DNA of 64,000 nt, taken from contig CM059432.1 in NCBI GenBank assembly GCA_030390025.1, forward strand, positions 28,212,001 through 28,276,000, written 5' to 3'. This stretch comes from Squalus acanthias (taxonomy: Eukaryota). Within the stretch, counting starts at the first letter, position 1; every line of letters starts with the position of its first letter. Under the pieces are notes generated by a model. It did not search any database, was not told where the DNA came from, and saw only the letters and a program-made list of their open reading frames with translations. Shown here piece after piece: positions 35,501 to 50,500 of the stretch. A program made the translations under genes and the position numbers.

Positions 35501-38500
35501 CTCTCCCCTATATAATGAAGGACCCAGTCCAGGGGCTCTTCCATATATAACGTAAGACCCAGTCCAGGGGCTCTCCCCTATATAATGTAGGTCCCAGTCC
35601 AGGGGCTCTCCCCTATATAATGTAGGACCCAGTCCAGGGGCTCTCCTCTATATAATGTAGGACCCAGTCCAGAGGCTCTCCCCTATATAATGTAGGACCC
35701 AGTCCAGGGGCTCTCCCCAGGTGGTCGCCCCTATATAATGTAGGACCCAGTCCAGGGGATCTCCCCTATATAATGTAGGACCCAGTCCAGGGGATCTCCC
35801 CTATACAATGTAGATCCCACTCCAGAGATCTGTCCTATATAATGTAGGACCCAGTCCAGACATCTGCCCTATAATATGTAGGAACCTGTCCAGAGATCTG
35901 TCCTATATAATGTAGGACCCGGTCCAGGGCTCTCCCCTATATAATGTAGATTCCAGTCCAGGGGCTCTCCCCTATATAATGAAGGGCCCAGTCCAGGAGC
36001 TCTCCCCTATATAATGTAGGACCAAGTCCAGGGGCTCTTCCCTATATAATGAAGGACCAAGTCCAGGGGCTCTACCCTATATAATTTGGGGCCAGTCTAG
36101 GTTCTCTCTCCTATATAATGTGGGACCCATCCAGGGCTATCTCGTATATAATATAGGACCCAGTCCAGGTGGTCTCCACTATATAATGTAGGACCCATCC
36201 AGGGCTATCTCCTATATAATGTAGGACGCAGTCCAGTGGATCTCCCCTTATAATGTAGGACCCAGTCCAGGGGATCTCCCCTATATAATGTAGATCCCAC
36301 TCCAGAGATCTGTCCTATATAATGTAGGACCCAGTCCAGACATCTCCCCTATAATATGTAGGAACCTGTCCAGAGATATGTCCTATATAATGCAGGCTCC
36401 AGTCCAGGGGCTCTCCCCTACATAATGTAGGACCCAGTCCAGGGGCTCTTCCCTATATAATGTAGGACCCAGTCCAGGGGCTCTCTCCTATGTAATGAAG
36501 GACCAAGTCCAGGGGCTCTACCCTATATAATTTGGGGCCAGTCTAGGTGCTCTCCCCTATATAATGTAGGATCAAGTCCAGGGCTCTCCCCTATATAATG
36601 TAGGACCCAGTCCAGGGGCTCTCTCCTATTTAATGAAGGACCCAGTCTAGGGATCGTCCCTATTTAATGTATGACACAGTCCAGGGGCTCTACCCTATTT
36701 AATGCAGGAGCCAGTCCAGGGGCTCATCGCTATATAATGTAGTACTCCAGTCCAGGGGCTATCTCCTATAAAACATAGGACCAAGTCCAGGGGCTCTCCC
36801 CTGTATAATGTAGAACTCAGTCCAGGGGCTCTCCCGTACATAATGTAGGACCAATCCCAGGAGCTCTCCTATATATAACGTAGGACCCAGTCCAGAGATC
36901 ACTCCTATATAATGTAGGACCCAGTAAAGCTGCTCCGTCCTATATAACGTAGGACCCAGTCCAGGGGCACTCCCATATAAAATGAAGGACCCAGTCCAGG
37001 GTTCTCTCCTATATAATGTAGGACCCAGACCAGGGGCTTTCCCATATATATCGCAGGACCCAGTCCAGAGGCTCACTCCTATTTAATGTAGGATGCAATC
37101 CAGGGGCTCTCCCCTATATAATGTAGGATCCAGTCCGGGGTTCTCTCCTATATAATGTAGGACCCAGTCCAGAGATCTCCCCGAAATAATGCTGGACCCA
37201 GTCCAGGGGCCCTCCGCCATATAATGTAGGACCCAGTCCAGAGGCTCTCCCCTATATAATGTAGGGCCCAGTCCAGCGGCTCTCCTCTATATAATGTAAG
37301 ATCCATTCCAGGAGCTCTCTCCTATATAATGTAGGACCTAGTCCAGAGATCGCGCCTATATAATGTTGGACGCAGTCCAGGGGCTCTCCGCGATATATTG
37401 TAGGATCGAGTCCAGGAGCTCTCTCCTATATAATGTAGGACCCAGTCCAGAGAGCTCACCCCCATATAATTTAGGACCCAGTCCAGGGGCTATCTCCTAC
37501 ATAATGCAGGACCCAGTCAAGGGGCTCTCCCCTATATAATGTAGGACCCAGTCCAGGGGCTCTCTCCTATATAATGTAGGACCCAGTCCAGGGGGTCTCC
37601 CCTATATAATGTAGGAGCCAGTCCAGGGGCTCTCCCCTATATAATGTGGGATCTAGTCCCGGGGCTCTTCCCAATATAATGTTGGATCCAGTCCAGGTAC
37701 TCTCCCCTATATAATGTAGGACCCAGTCCTGGGGCTCTCCCGTTTATAATGTAGATTCCAGTCCAGGGGCTCTCCCGTTTATAATGTAGGACCCAGTCCA
37801 GGGGTTCTCCCCTATATAATGTAGGACCAGTCCAGGGGCTCTTCCCTATATAATGTACGACTCAGTCCAGGGGCTCTCCTCTATATAATGTAGGACCCAG
37901 TCCAGAGGCTCTCTCCTATATAACGTAAGACCCAGTCCAGGGGCTCTCCGCTATATAATGTAGGATCTTCCGGGAGCTCTCCCCGATATAATGTAGGACG
38001 CAGTCGAGGGGCTCTCCCCTATATAATGTAGGACCCAGTCCAGGGGCTCTCCCCTATATAATGTAGGATCCAGTCCCGGGGCTCTCCCCTATATAATGAA
38101 GGACCCAGTCCAGGGGCTCTTCCATATATAACGCAAGACCCAGTCCAGGGGCTCTCCCCTATATAATGTACGTCACAATCCAGGGGCTCTCCCCTATATA
38201 ATGAAGGACCCAGTCCAGGGGCTCTCCCCTATATAATGTAGGACCCAGTCCAGCGGCTCTCCCCTATATAATGTAGGACACAGTCCAGGGGCTCTCCCCT
38301 ATATAATGAAGGACCCAGTCCAGGGACTCTCCCCTATATAATGTAGGACCCAGTCCAGGGGCTCTCCCCTATATAATGAAGGACCCAGTCCAGGGGCTCT
38401 CCTCCATATAATGTAGGACCCAGTCCAGGGGCTCTCCCCTATATAATGTAGGACCCAGTCTAGGGGCTCTACCCTATATAATGTAGGACCCAGTCCAGGG

Positions 38501-41500
38501 GCTCTCCTCTATATAATGAATGACGCAGTCCAGGGGCTCTCCCCTATATAATGAAGGACCCAGTCCAGAGGCACTCCCCTATATAATGTAGGACCCAGTC
38601 CAGGGGCTCTCCCCTATATAATGTAGGTTCCAATCCAGGGGCTCTCCCCTATATAATGTAGGACCCAGTCCAGGGGCTCTCCTCTATATAATGTAGGATC
38701 CAGTCCAGGGGCTCTCCTCTATATAATGTAGGACCCAGTCCAGGGGCTCTCCCCTATATAATGTAGGACCCAGTCCAGGGGCTCTACCCTATATAATGTA
38801 GGACCAAGTCCAGAGGCTCTCCTCTATATAATGTAGGATCCAGTCCAGGGGCTCTCCTCTATATAATGTAGAATCCAGTCCAGACATCGCTCCTATATAA
38901 TGTAGGACCCAGTCCAGGGGCTCATCCCTATATAATGTAGGATCCAGTCCAGGGGCTCTCCCCTATATAATGTAGGATCCAGTCCAGGGGCTCTCCTCTT
39001 TATAATGTAGGACCCAGTCCAGGGGCTCTCCCCTATATAATGTAGAATCCTGTCCAGAGATCTCTCCTATATAATGTAGGACCCAGTCCAGGGGCTCTCC
39101 CCTATATAATGTAGAATCCTGTCCAGAGATCTCTCCTATATAATGTAGGACCCAGTCCAGGGGCTCTCCCGTTTATAATGTAGATTCCAGTCCAGGGGCT
39201 CTCCCGTTTATAATGTAGGACCCAGTCCAGGGGCTCTCCCCTATATAATGTAGGATCCTGTCCAGAGATCTCGCCTATATAATGTAGGACCCATTCCAGG
39301 GCTCCACCCCTATTTAATGTCGGACACAGTCCAGTGTCTCCCATCTAAAATGTAGGACCCATTCCATGCCTCTCCCCTATATAATTTAGGACCCAGTCCA
39401 AAGATCTCTCCTATATTACGTAGGACCCAGTCCAGGAGCTCAATCCTATACAATGAAGGACCCAATCGAGGATCTCACCCCTATATAATGAAGGACCCAG
39501 TCCAGGGGCTCTCCCCTATATAATGTAGGATCTGCCGGGAGCTCTCCCCGATATAATATAGGACCCAGTCGAGGGGCTCTCCCCTATATAATGTAGGACC
39601 CAGTCCAGGGGCTCTCCCCTATACAATGTAGGATCCAGTCCCGGGGCTCTCCCCTATATAATGAAGGACCCAGTCCAGGGGCTCTTCCATGTATAACGTA
39701 AGAACCAGTCCAGGGGCTCTCCCCTATATAATGTACGTCACAGTTCAGGGGCTCTCCCCTATATAATGAAGGACCCAGTCCAGTGGCTCTCCCCTATATA
39801 ATATAGGACCCAGTCCAGCGGCTCTCCCCTATATAACGCAAGACCCAGTCCAGGGGCTCTCCCCTATATAATGTACGTCACAATCCAGGGGCTCTCCCCT
39901 ATATAATGAAGGACCCAGTCCAGGGGCTCTCCCCTATATAATGTAGGACCCAGTCCAGCGGCTCTCCCCTATATAATGTAGGACCCAGTCCAGGGGCTCT
40001 CCCCTATATAATGAAGGACCCAGTCCAGGGACTCTCCCCTATATAATGTAGGACCCAGTCCAGGGGCTCTCCCCTATATAATGAAGGACCCAGTCCAGGG
40101 GCTCTCCTCCATATAATGTAGGACCCAGTCCAGGGGCTCTCCCCTATATAATGTAGGACCCAGTCTAGGGGCTCTACCCTATATAATGTAGGACCCAGTC
40201 CAGGGGCTCTCCTCTATATAATGAATGACGCAGTCCAGGGGCTCTCCCCTATATAATGAAGGACCCAGTCCAGGGGCACTCCCCTATATAATGTAGGACC
40301 CAGTCCAGGGGCTCTCCCCTATATAATGTAGGTTCCAATCCAGGGGCTCTCCCCTATATAATGTAGGACCCAGTCCAGGGGCTCTCCTCTATATAATGTA
40401 GGATCCAGTCCAGGGGCTCTCCTCTATATAATGTAGGACCCAGTCCAGGGGCTCTCCCCTATATAATGTAGGACCCAGTCCAGGGGCTCTCCTCTATATA
40501 ATGTAGAATCCTGTCCAGAGGCTCTCCTCTATATAATGTAGGATCCAGTCCAGGGGCTCTCCTCTATATAATGTAGGACCCAGTCCAGGGGCTCTCCCAT
40601 ATATAATGTAGGACCCAGTCCAGGGGCTCTTCCATATATAACGTAAGACCCAGTCCAGGGACTCTCCCCTACATAATGTAGAGTCCAGTCCAGACATCGC
40701 TCCTATATAATGAAGGACCCAGTCCAGGGGCTCATCCCTATATAATGTAGGATCCAGTCCAGGGGCTCTCCCCTATATAATGTAGGATCCAGTCCAGGGG
40801 CTCTCCTCTTTATAATGTAGGACCCAGTCCAGGGGCTCTCCCCTATATAATGTAGAATCCTGTCCAGAGATCTCTCCTATATAATGTAGGACCCAGTCCA
40901 GGGGCTCTCCCCTATATAATGTAGAATCCTGTCCAGAGATCTCTCCTATATAATGTAGGACCCAGTCCAGGGGCTCTCCCGTTTATAATGTAGATTCCAG
41001 TCCAGGGGCTCTCCCGTTTATAATGTAGGACCCAGTCCAGGGGCTCTCCCCTATATAATGTAGGATCCTGTCCAGAGATCTCGCCTATATAATGTAGGAC
41101 CCATTCCAGGGCTCCACCCCTATTTAATGTCGGACACAGTCCAGTGTCTCCCATCTAAAATGTAGGACCCCTTCCATGCCTCTCCCCTATATAATTTAGG
41201 ACCCAGTCCAAAGATCTCTCCTATATAACGTAGGACCCAGTCCAGGAGCTCAATCCTATACAATGAAGGACCCAATCGAGGATCTCACCCCTATATAATG
41301 AAGGACCCAGTCCAGGGGCTCTCCCCTATATAATGTAGGATCTGCCGGGAGCTCGCCCCGATATAATGTAGGACCCAGTCGAGGGGCTCTCCCCTATATA
41401 ATGTAGGACCCAGTCCAGGGGCTCTCCCCTATACAATGTAGGATCCAGTCCCGGGGCTCTCCCCTATATAATGAAGGACCCAGTCCAGGGGCTCTTCCAT

Positions 41501-44500
41501 ATATAACGTAAGAACCAGTCCAGGGGCTCTCCCCTATATAATGTACGTCACAGTTCAGGGGCTCTCCCCTATATAATGAAGGACCCAGTCCAGTGGCTCT
41601 CCCCTATATAATGTAGGACCCAGTCCAGCGGCTCTCCCCTATATAATGTAGGATCCAGTCCCGGGGCTCTCCCCTATATAATGTAGGACCGAGTCCAGGG
41701 GCTCTCCCCTATATAATGAAGGACCCAGTCCAGGGGCTCTCCTCCATATAATGTAGGACCCAGTCTAGGGGCTCACCCCTATATAATTTAGGACCCAGTC
41801 CAGGGGCTCTACCCTATATAATGTAGGACCCAGTCCAGGGGGTCTCCTCTAGATAATGAATGACCCAGTCCAGGGGCTCTCCTCTATATAATGTAGGACC
41901 CAGTCCAGGGGCTCTCCTCTATATAATAAAGGACCCAGTCCAGGGACTCTCTCCTATATAATGTAGGACCCAGTCCAGGGGCTCTCCCCTATATCATGTC
42001 GGACCCAGTCCAGGGGCTCTCTCCCTATATAATGTAGGACCCAGTCCAGGGGCTCTCTCCTCTATAATGTAGGACCCAGTCCAGGGGCTCTCCCCTATAT
42101 AATGTAGGACCCAGTCCAGGGGCTCTCTCCGTATATAATGTAGGACCCAGTCCAGGGGCTCTCCCCTATATAATGTAGGACCCAGTCCAGGGGCTCTCTC
42201 CCTATATAATGTAGGACCCAGTCCAGGGGCTCTCCTCTATATACTGTAGGATCCAGTCCAGGGGCTCTCCTCTATATAATGTAGGACCCAGTCCAGGGGC
42301 TCTACCCTATTTAATGCAGGAGCCAGTCCAGGCGCCCATTGCTATATAATGCAGGATCCAGTCCAGGGGCTCTCCCATATATAATGTAGGACACAGACCA
42401 GGGACTCTTCCCTATATAATGTAGTACTCCAGTCCAGGGGCTATCTCCTATATAACATAGGACCAAGTCCAGGGGCTCTCCCCTGTATAATGTAGGACAC
42501 AGTCCAGGGGCTCTCCCGTATATAATGTAGGACCACTCCCAGGAGCTCTCCCATATATAATGTAGGACCCAGTCCAGAGATCTCTCCTATATAATGTAGG
42601 ACCCAGTAAAGGTGCTCCGTCCTATATAATGTAGGACCCAGTCCAGGGGCACTCCCGTATATAATGAAGGACCCAGTCCAGGGGCTCTCCCGTATATAAT
42701 GTAGGATCCAGTCCAGGGGCTCTCCCCTATATAATGTAGGACCCCATCCAAAGATATCTCCTGTATAATGTAAGATCCATTCCAGGAGCTCTCTCCTATA
42801 TAATGTATGACCTAGTCCAGAGATCGCGCCTATATAATGTTGGACGCAGTCCAGGGGCTCTCCGCGATATAGTGTAGGATCGAGTCCAGGAGCTCTCTCC
42901 TATATAATGTAGGACCCAGTCCAGAGAGCTCACCCCCATATAATTTAGGACCCAGTCCAAGGGGTTTTTCCTACATAATGCAGGACCCAGTCAAGGGGCT
43001 CTCCCCTATATAATGTAGGACTCAGTCCAGGGGGTCTCCCCTATATAATGTAGGAGCCAGTCCAGGGGCTCTCCCCTATATAATGTGGGATGTAGTCCCG
43101 GGGCTCTTCCCAATATAATGTTGGATCCAGTCCAGGTACTCTCCCCTATATAATGTAGGACCCAGTCCAGGGGCTCTCCCGTTTATAATGTAGATTCCAG
43201 TCCAGGGGCTCTCCCGTTTATAATTTAGGACCCAGTCCAGGGGCTCTCACCTATATAATGTAGGACCCAGTCCAGGGGCTCTTCCCTATATAATGTAGGA
43301 TCCAGTCCAGGGGCTCTCCCCTATATAATGTAGGACCCAGTCCAGGGGCTCTCCCCTATATAATGTCGGACCCAGTCGAGGGGCTCTCCCCTATATAATA
43401 AAGGAACCAGTCCAGGGGCTCTTCCATATATAATGTAGGACCCAGTCTAGGGGCTCTACCCTATATAATGTAGGACCCAGTCCAGGGGCTCTCCTCTATA
43501 TAATGAATGACGCAGTCCAGGGGCTCTCCCCTATATAATGAAGGACCCAGTCCAGGGGCACTCCCCTATATAATGTAGGACCCAGTCCAGGGGCTCTCCC
43601 CTATATAATGTAGGTTCCAATCCAGGGGCTCTCCCCTATATAATGTAGGACCCAGTCCAGGGGCTCTCCTCTATATAATGTAGGATCCAGTCCAGGGGCT
43701 CTCCTCTATATAATGTAGGACCCAGTCCAGGGGCTCTCCCCTATATAATGTAGGACCCAGTCCAGGGGCTCTCCCCTATATAATGTAGAATCCTGTCCAG
43801 AGGCTCTCCTCTATATAATGTAGGATCCAGTCCAGGGGCTCTCCTCTATATAATGTAGGACCCAGTCCAGGGGCTCTCCCATATATAATGTAGGACCCAG
43901 TCCAGGGGCTCTTCCATATATAACGTAAGACCCAGTCCAGGGACTCTCCCCTACATAATGTAGAGTCCAGTCCAGACATCGCTCCTATATAATGAAGGAC
44001 CCAGTCCAGGGGCTCATCCCTATATAATGTAGGATCCAGTCCAGGGGCTCTCCCCTATATAATGTAGGATCCAGTCCAGGGGCTCTCCTCTTTATAATGT
44101 AGGACCCAGTCCAGGGGCTCTCCCCTATATAATGTAGAATCCTGTCCAGAGATCTCTCCTATATAATGTAGGACCCAGTCCAGGGGCTCTCCCCTATATA
44201 ATGTAGAATCCTGTCCAGAGATCTCTCCTATATAATGTAGGACCCAGTCCAGGGGCTCTCCCGTTTATAATGTAGATTCCAGTCCAGGGGCTCTCCCGTT
44301 TATAATGTAGGACCCAGTCCAGGGGCTCTCCCCTATATAATGTAGGATCCTGTCCAGAGATCTCGCCTATATAATGTAGGACCCATTCCAGGGCTCCACC
44401 CCTATTTAATGTCGGACACAGTCCAGTGTCTCCCATCTAAAATGTAGGACCCCTTCCATGCCTCTCCCCTATATAATTTAGGACCCAGTCCAAAGATCTC

Positions 44501-47500
44501 TCCTATATAACGTAGGACCCAGTCCAGGAGCTCAATCCTATACAATGAAGGACCCAATCGAGGATCTCACCCCTATATAATGAAGGACCCAGTCCAGGGG
44601 CTCTCCCCTATATAATGTAGGATCTGCCGGGAGCTCGCCCCGATATAATGTAGGACCCAGTCGAGGGGCTCTCCCCTATATAATGTAGGACCCAGTCCAG
44701 GGGCTCTCCCCTATACAATGTAGGATCCAGTCCCGGGGCTCTCCCCTATATAATGAAGGACCCAGTCCAGGGGCTCTTCCATATATAACGTAAGAACCAG
44801 TCCAGGGGCTCTCCCCTATATAATGTACGTCACAGTTCAGGGGCTCTCCCCTATATAATGAAGGACCCAGTCCAGTGGCTCTCCCCTATATAATGTAGGA
44901 CCCAGTCCAGCGGCTCTCCCCTATATAATGTAGGATCCAGTCCCGGGGCTCTCCCCTATATAATGTAGGACCGAGTCCAGGGGCTCTCCCCTATATAATG
45001 AAGGACCCAGTCCAGGGGCTCTCCTCCATATAATGTAGGACCCAGTCTAGGGGCTCACCCCTATATAATTTAGGACCCAGTCCAGGGGCTCTACCCTATA
45101 TAATGTAGGACCCAGTCCAGGGGGTCTCCTCTAGATAATGAATGACCCAGTCCAGGGGCTCTCCTCTATATAATGTAGGACCCAGTCCAGGGGCTCTCCT
45201 CTATATAATAAAGGACCCAGTCCAGGGACTCTCTCCTATATAATGTAGGACCCAGTCCAGGGGCTCTCCCCTATATCATGTCGGACCCAGTCCAGGGGCT
45301 CTCTCCCTATATAATGTAGGACCCAGTCCAGGGGCTCTCTCCTCTATAATGTAGGACCCAGTCCAGGGGCTCTCCCCTATATAATGTAGGACCCAGTCCA
45401 GGGGCTCTCTCCGTATATAATGTAGGACCCAGTCCAGGGGCTCTCCCCTATATAATGTAGGACCCAGTCCAGGGGCTCTCTCCCTATATAATGTAGGACC
45501 CAGTCCAGGGGCTCTCCTCTATATACTGTAGGATCCAGTCCAGGGGCTCTCCTCTATATAATGTAGGACCCAGTCCAGGGGCTCTACCCTATTTAATGCA
45601 GGAGCCAGTCCAGGCGCCCATTGCTATATAATGCAGGATCCAGTCCAGGGGCTCTCCCATATATAATGTAGGACACAGACCAGGGACTCTTCCCTATATA
45701 ATGTAGTACTCCAGTCCAGGGGCTATCTCCTATATAACATAGGACCAAGTCCAGGGGCTCTCCCCTGTATAATGTAGGACACAGTCCAGGGGCTCTCCCG
45801 TATATAATGTAGGACCACTCCCAGGAGCTCTCCCATATATAATGTAGGACCCAGTCCAGAGATCTCTCCTATATAATGTAGGACCCAGTAAAGGTGCTCC
45901 GTCCTATATAATGTAGGACCCAGTCCAGGGGCACTCCCGTATATAATGAAGGACCCAGTCCAGGGGCTCTCCCGTATATAATGTAGGATCCAGTCCAGGG
46001 GCTCTCCCCTATATAATGTAGGACCCCATCCAAAGATATCTCCTGTATAATGTAAGATCCATTCCAGGAGCTCTCTCCTATATAATGTATGACCTAGTCC
46101 AGAGATCGCGCCTATATAATGTTGGACGCAGTCCAGGGGCTCTCCGCGATATAGTGTAGGATCGAGTCCAGGAGCTCTCTCCTATATAATGTAGGACCCA
46201 GTCCAGAGAGCTCACCCCCATATAATTTAGGACCCAGTCCAAGGGGTTTTTCCTACATAATGCAGGACCCAGTCAAGGGGCTCTCCCCTATATAATGTAG
46301 GACTCAGTCCAGGGGGTCTCCCCTATATAATGTAGGAGCCAGTCCAGGGGCTCTCCCCTATATAATGTGGGATGTAGTCCCGGGGCTCTTCCCAATATAA
46401 TGTTGGATCCAGTCCAGGTACTCTCCCCTATATAATGTAGGACCCAGTCCAGGGGCTCTCCCGTTTATAATGTAGATTCCAGTCCAGGGGCTCTCCCGTT
46501 TATAATTTAGGACCCAGTCCAGGGGCTCTCACCTATATAATGTAGGACCCAGTCCAGGGGCTCTTCCCTATATAATGTAGGATCCAGTCCAGGGGCTCTC
46601 CCCTATATAATGTAGGACCCAGTCCAGGGGCTCTCCCCTATATAATGTCGGACCCAGTCGAGGGGCTCTCCCCTATATAATAAAGGAACCAGTCCAGGGG
46701 CTCTTCCATATATAATGTAGGACCCAGTCCAGGGGCTCTCCCCTATATAATGTAGGTCCCAGTCCAGGGGCTCTCCCCTATATAATGAAGGACCCAGTCT
46801 AGGGGCTCTCCCCTATATAATGTAGGACCCAGTCCAGGGGCTCTCCCCTATATAATAAAGGACCCAGTCCAGGCGCTCTCCCCTATATAATGTAGGACCC
46901 AGTCCAGGGGCTCTCCCCTATATAATGTCGGACCCAGTCCAGGGGCTCTTCTCTATATAATGTAGGATCCAGTCCAGGGGCTCACCCCTATATAATGAGG
47001 GTCCAGTCGAGGGGCTCTCCTCTATATAATGTAGGATCCAGTCCAGGGGCTCTCCTCTAGATAATGTAGGACCCAGTCCAGGGGCTCTCCCCTATACAAT
47101 GTAGGACCCAGTCCAGGGGCTCTCCCCTATATAATGTAGGACCAAGTCCAGGGGCTCTCCCCAATATAATGTAGGACCCAGTCCAGGGGCTATCCCCTAT
47201 ATAATGAAGGACCCAGTCCAGGGGCTCTTCCATATATAACGTAAGACCCAGTCCAGGGGCTCTCCCCTATATAATGTAGGTCCCAGTCCAGGGGCTCTCC
47301 CCTATATAATGAAGGACCCAGTCCAGGGGCTCTCCCCTATATTATGTAGGACCCAGTCCAGGGGCTCTCCCCTATATAATGTAGGACCCAGTCCAGGGGC
47401 TCTCCCCTGTATAATGAAGGACCCAGTCCAGGGGCTCTCCCCTATATAATGTAGGATCCAGTCCAGGGGCTCTCCTCTATATAATGTAAGATCCAGTCCA

Positions 47501-50500
47501 GGGGCTAACCCCTATATAATGAGGGTCCAGTCGAGGGGCTCTCCTCTATATAATGTAGGATCCAGTCCAGGGGCTCTCCTCTATATAATGTAGGACCCAG
47601 TCCAGGGGCTCTCCCCTATATAAAGTAGGACCCAGTCCAGGGGCTCTCCTCTATATAATGTAGGACCCAGTCCAGGGGCTCTACCCTATATAATGTAGGA
47701 CCCAGTCCAGCGGCTCTCCTCTATGTAATGTAGGACCCAGTCCAGGGCTCTCCCCTATATAATGTGGGATCTAGTCCCGGGGCTCTTCCCAATATAATGT
47801 TGGATCCAGTCCAGGTACTCTCCCCTATATAATGTAGGACCCAGTCCAGGGGCTCTCCCGTTTATAATGTAGATTCCAGTCCAGGGGCTCTCCCGTTTAT
47901 AATTTAGGACCCAGTCCAGGGGCTCTCACCTATATAATGTAGGACCCAGTCCAGGGGCTCTTCCCTATATAATGTAGGATCCAGTCCAGGGGCTCACCCC
48001 TATATAATGTAGGACCCAGTCCAGGGGCTCTCCCCTATATAATGTAGGACCCAGTCGAGGGGCTCTCCCCTATATAATAAAGGACCCAGTCCAGGGGCTC
48101 TTCCATATATAATGTAGGACCCAGTCCAGGGGCTCTCCCCTATATAATGAAGGACCCAGTCTAGGGGCTCTCCCCTATATAATGTAGGACCCAGTCCAGG
48201 GGCTCTCCACTATATAATGTAGGACCCAGTCCAGGGGCTCTCCCCTATATAATAAAGGACCCAATCCAGGCGCTCTCCCCTATATAATGTAGGACCCAGT
48301 CCAGGGGCTCTCCTCTATATAATGTAGGATCCAGTCCAGGGGCTCACCCCTATATAATGAGGGTCCAGTCGAGGGGCTCTCCTCTATATAATGTAGGATC
48401 CAGTCCAGGGTCTCTCCTCTATATAATGTAGGACCCAGTCCAGGGGCTCTCCCCTATACAATGTAGGACCCAGTCCAGGGGCTCTCCCCTATATAATGTA
48501 GGACCAAGTCCAGAGGCTCTCCCCTGTATAATGTAGGACCCAGTCCAGGGGCTATCCCCTATATAATGAAGGACCCAGTCCAGGGGCTCTTCCATATATA
48601 ACTTAAGACCCAGTCCAGGGGCTCTCCCGTTTATAATGTAGATTCCAGTCCAGGGGCTCTCCCGTTTATAATGTAGGACCCAGTCCAGGGGCTCTCCCCT
48701 ATATAATGTAGGATCCCGTCCAGAGATCTCGCCTATATAATGTAGGACCCAGTCCAGGGCTCCACCCCTATTTAATGTCGGACACAGTCCATGTCTCCCA
48801 TCTAAAATGTAGGACCCATTCCATGCCTCTCCCCTATATAACGTAGGACCCAGTCCAGGAGCTCAATCCTATACAATGAAGGACCCAATCGAGGATCTCA
48901 CCCCTATATAATGAAGGACCCAGTCCAGGGGCTCTCTCCTATATAATGTAGGACCCAGTCCAGGGGCTCTCCCCTATATAATGTAGGACCCAGTCCAGGG
49001 GCTCTCTCCCTATATAATGTAGGACCCAGTCCAGGGGCTCTCCCCTATATAATGTAGGACCCAGTCCAGGGGCTCTCTCCCTATATAATGTAGGACCCAG
49101 TCCAGGGGCTCTCTCCCTATATAATGTAGGACCCAGTCCAGGGGCTCTCCCCTATATAATGTAGGACCCAGTCCAGGGGCTCTCTCTCTATATAATGTAG
49201 GATCCAGTCCAGGGGCTCTCCTCTATATAATGTAGGACCCAGTCCAGGGGCTCTACCCTATTTAATGCAGGAGCCAGTCCAGGGGCTCATCGCTATATAA
49301 TGCAGGATCCAGTCCAGGGGCTCTCCCATATCTAATGTAGGACACAGTCCAGGGACTCTTCCCGATATAATGTAGTACTCCAGTCCAGGGGCTATCTCCT
49401 ATATAACATAGGACCAAGTCCAGGGGCTCTCCCCTGTATAATGTAGGACACAGTCCAGGGGCTCCCCCGTATATAATGTAGGACCACTCCCAGGAGCTCT
49501 CCCATATATAATGTAGGACCCAGTCCAGAGATCTCTCCTATATAATGTAGGACCCAGTAAAGGTGCTCCGTCCTATATAATGTAGGACCCAGTCCAGGGG
49601 CACTCCCGTATATAATGAAGGACCAAGTCCAGGAGCTCTCCCCTAAATGATGTAGGACCCAGACCAGGGGCTTTCCCATATATATCGCAGGACCCAGTCC
49701 AGAGGCTCACTCCTATTTAATGTAGGATGCAATCCAGGGGCTCTCCCCTATATAATGTAGGATCCAGTCCGGGGCTCTCTCCTATATAATGTAGGACCCA
49801 GTCCAGAGATCTCCCCGAAATAATGCTGGACCCAGTCCAGGGGCCCTCCGCCATATAATGTAGGACCCAGTCCAGGGGCTCTCCTCTATATAATGTAGGA
49901 CCCAGTCCAGGGGCTCTCCCCTATATAATGAAGGACCCAATCCAGGGGCTCTCCCCTATATAATGTAGGACCCAGTCCAGGGGCTCTCCCCTATATAATG
50001 TAGGACCCAGTCCAGGGGCTCTCCTCTATATAATGTAGGACCCAGTCCAGGGGCTCTCCCCTATATAATGTAGGACCCAGTCCAGGGGCTCTCCCCTATA
50101 TAATATAGGACCCAGTCCAGGGGCTATCCCCTATATAATGTATTATCCTAGTCCAGGGGCTCTCTCCCTATATAATGTAGGACCCAGCCCAGAGATCACC
50201 CCTATAATATGTAGGACCCAGACCAGGGGTTCTCCCCTATATAATGTAGGACCCATCCAGGGCTATCTCCTATATAATATAGGACCCAGTCCAGGTGGTC
50301 GCCCCTATATAATGTAGGACCCAATCCAGGGGATCTCCCCTATATAATGTAGATCCCACTCCAGAGATCTGTCCTATATAATGTAGGACCCAGTCCAGAC
50401 ATCTGCCCTATAATATGTAGGAACCTGTCCAGAGATCTGTCCTATATAATGTAGGACCCGGTCCAGGGCTCTCCCCTATATAATGTAGATTCCAGTCCAG

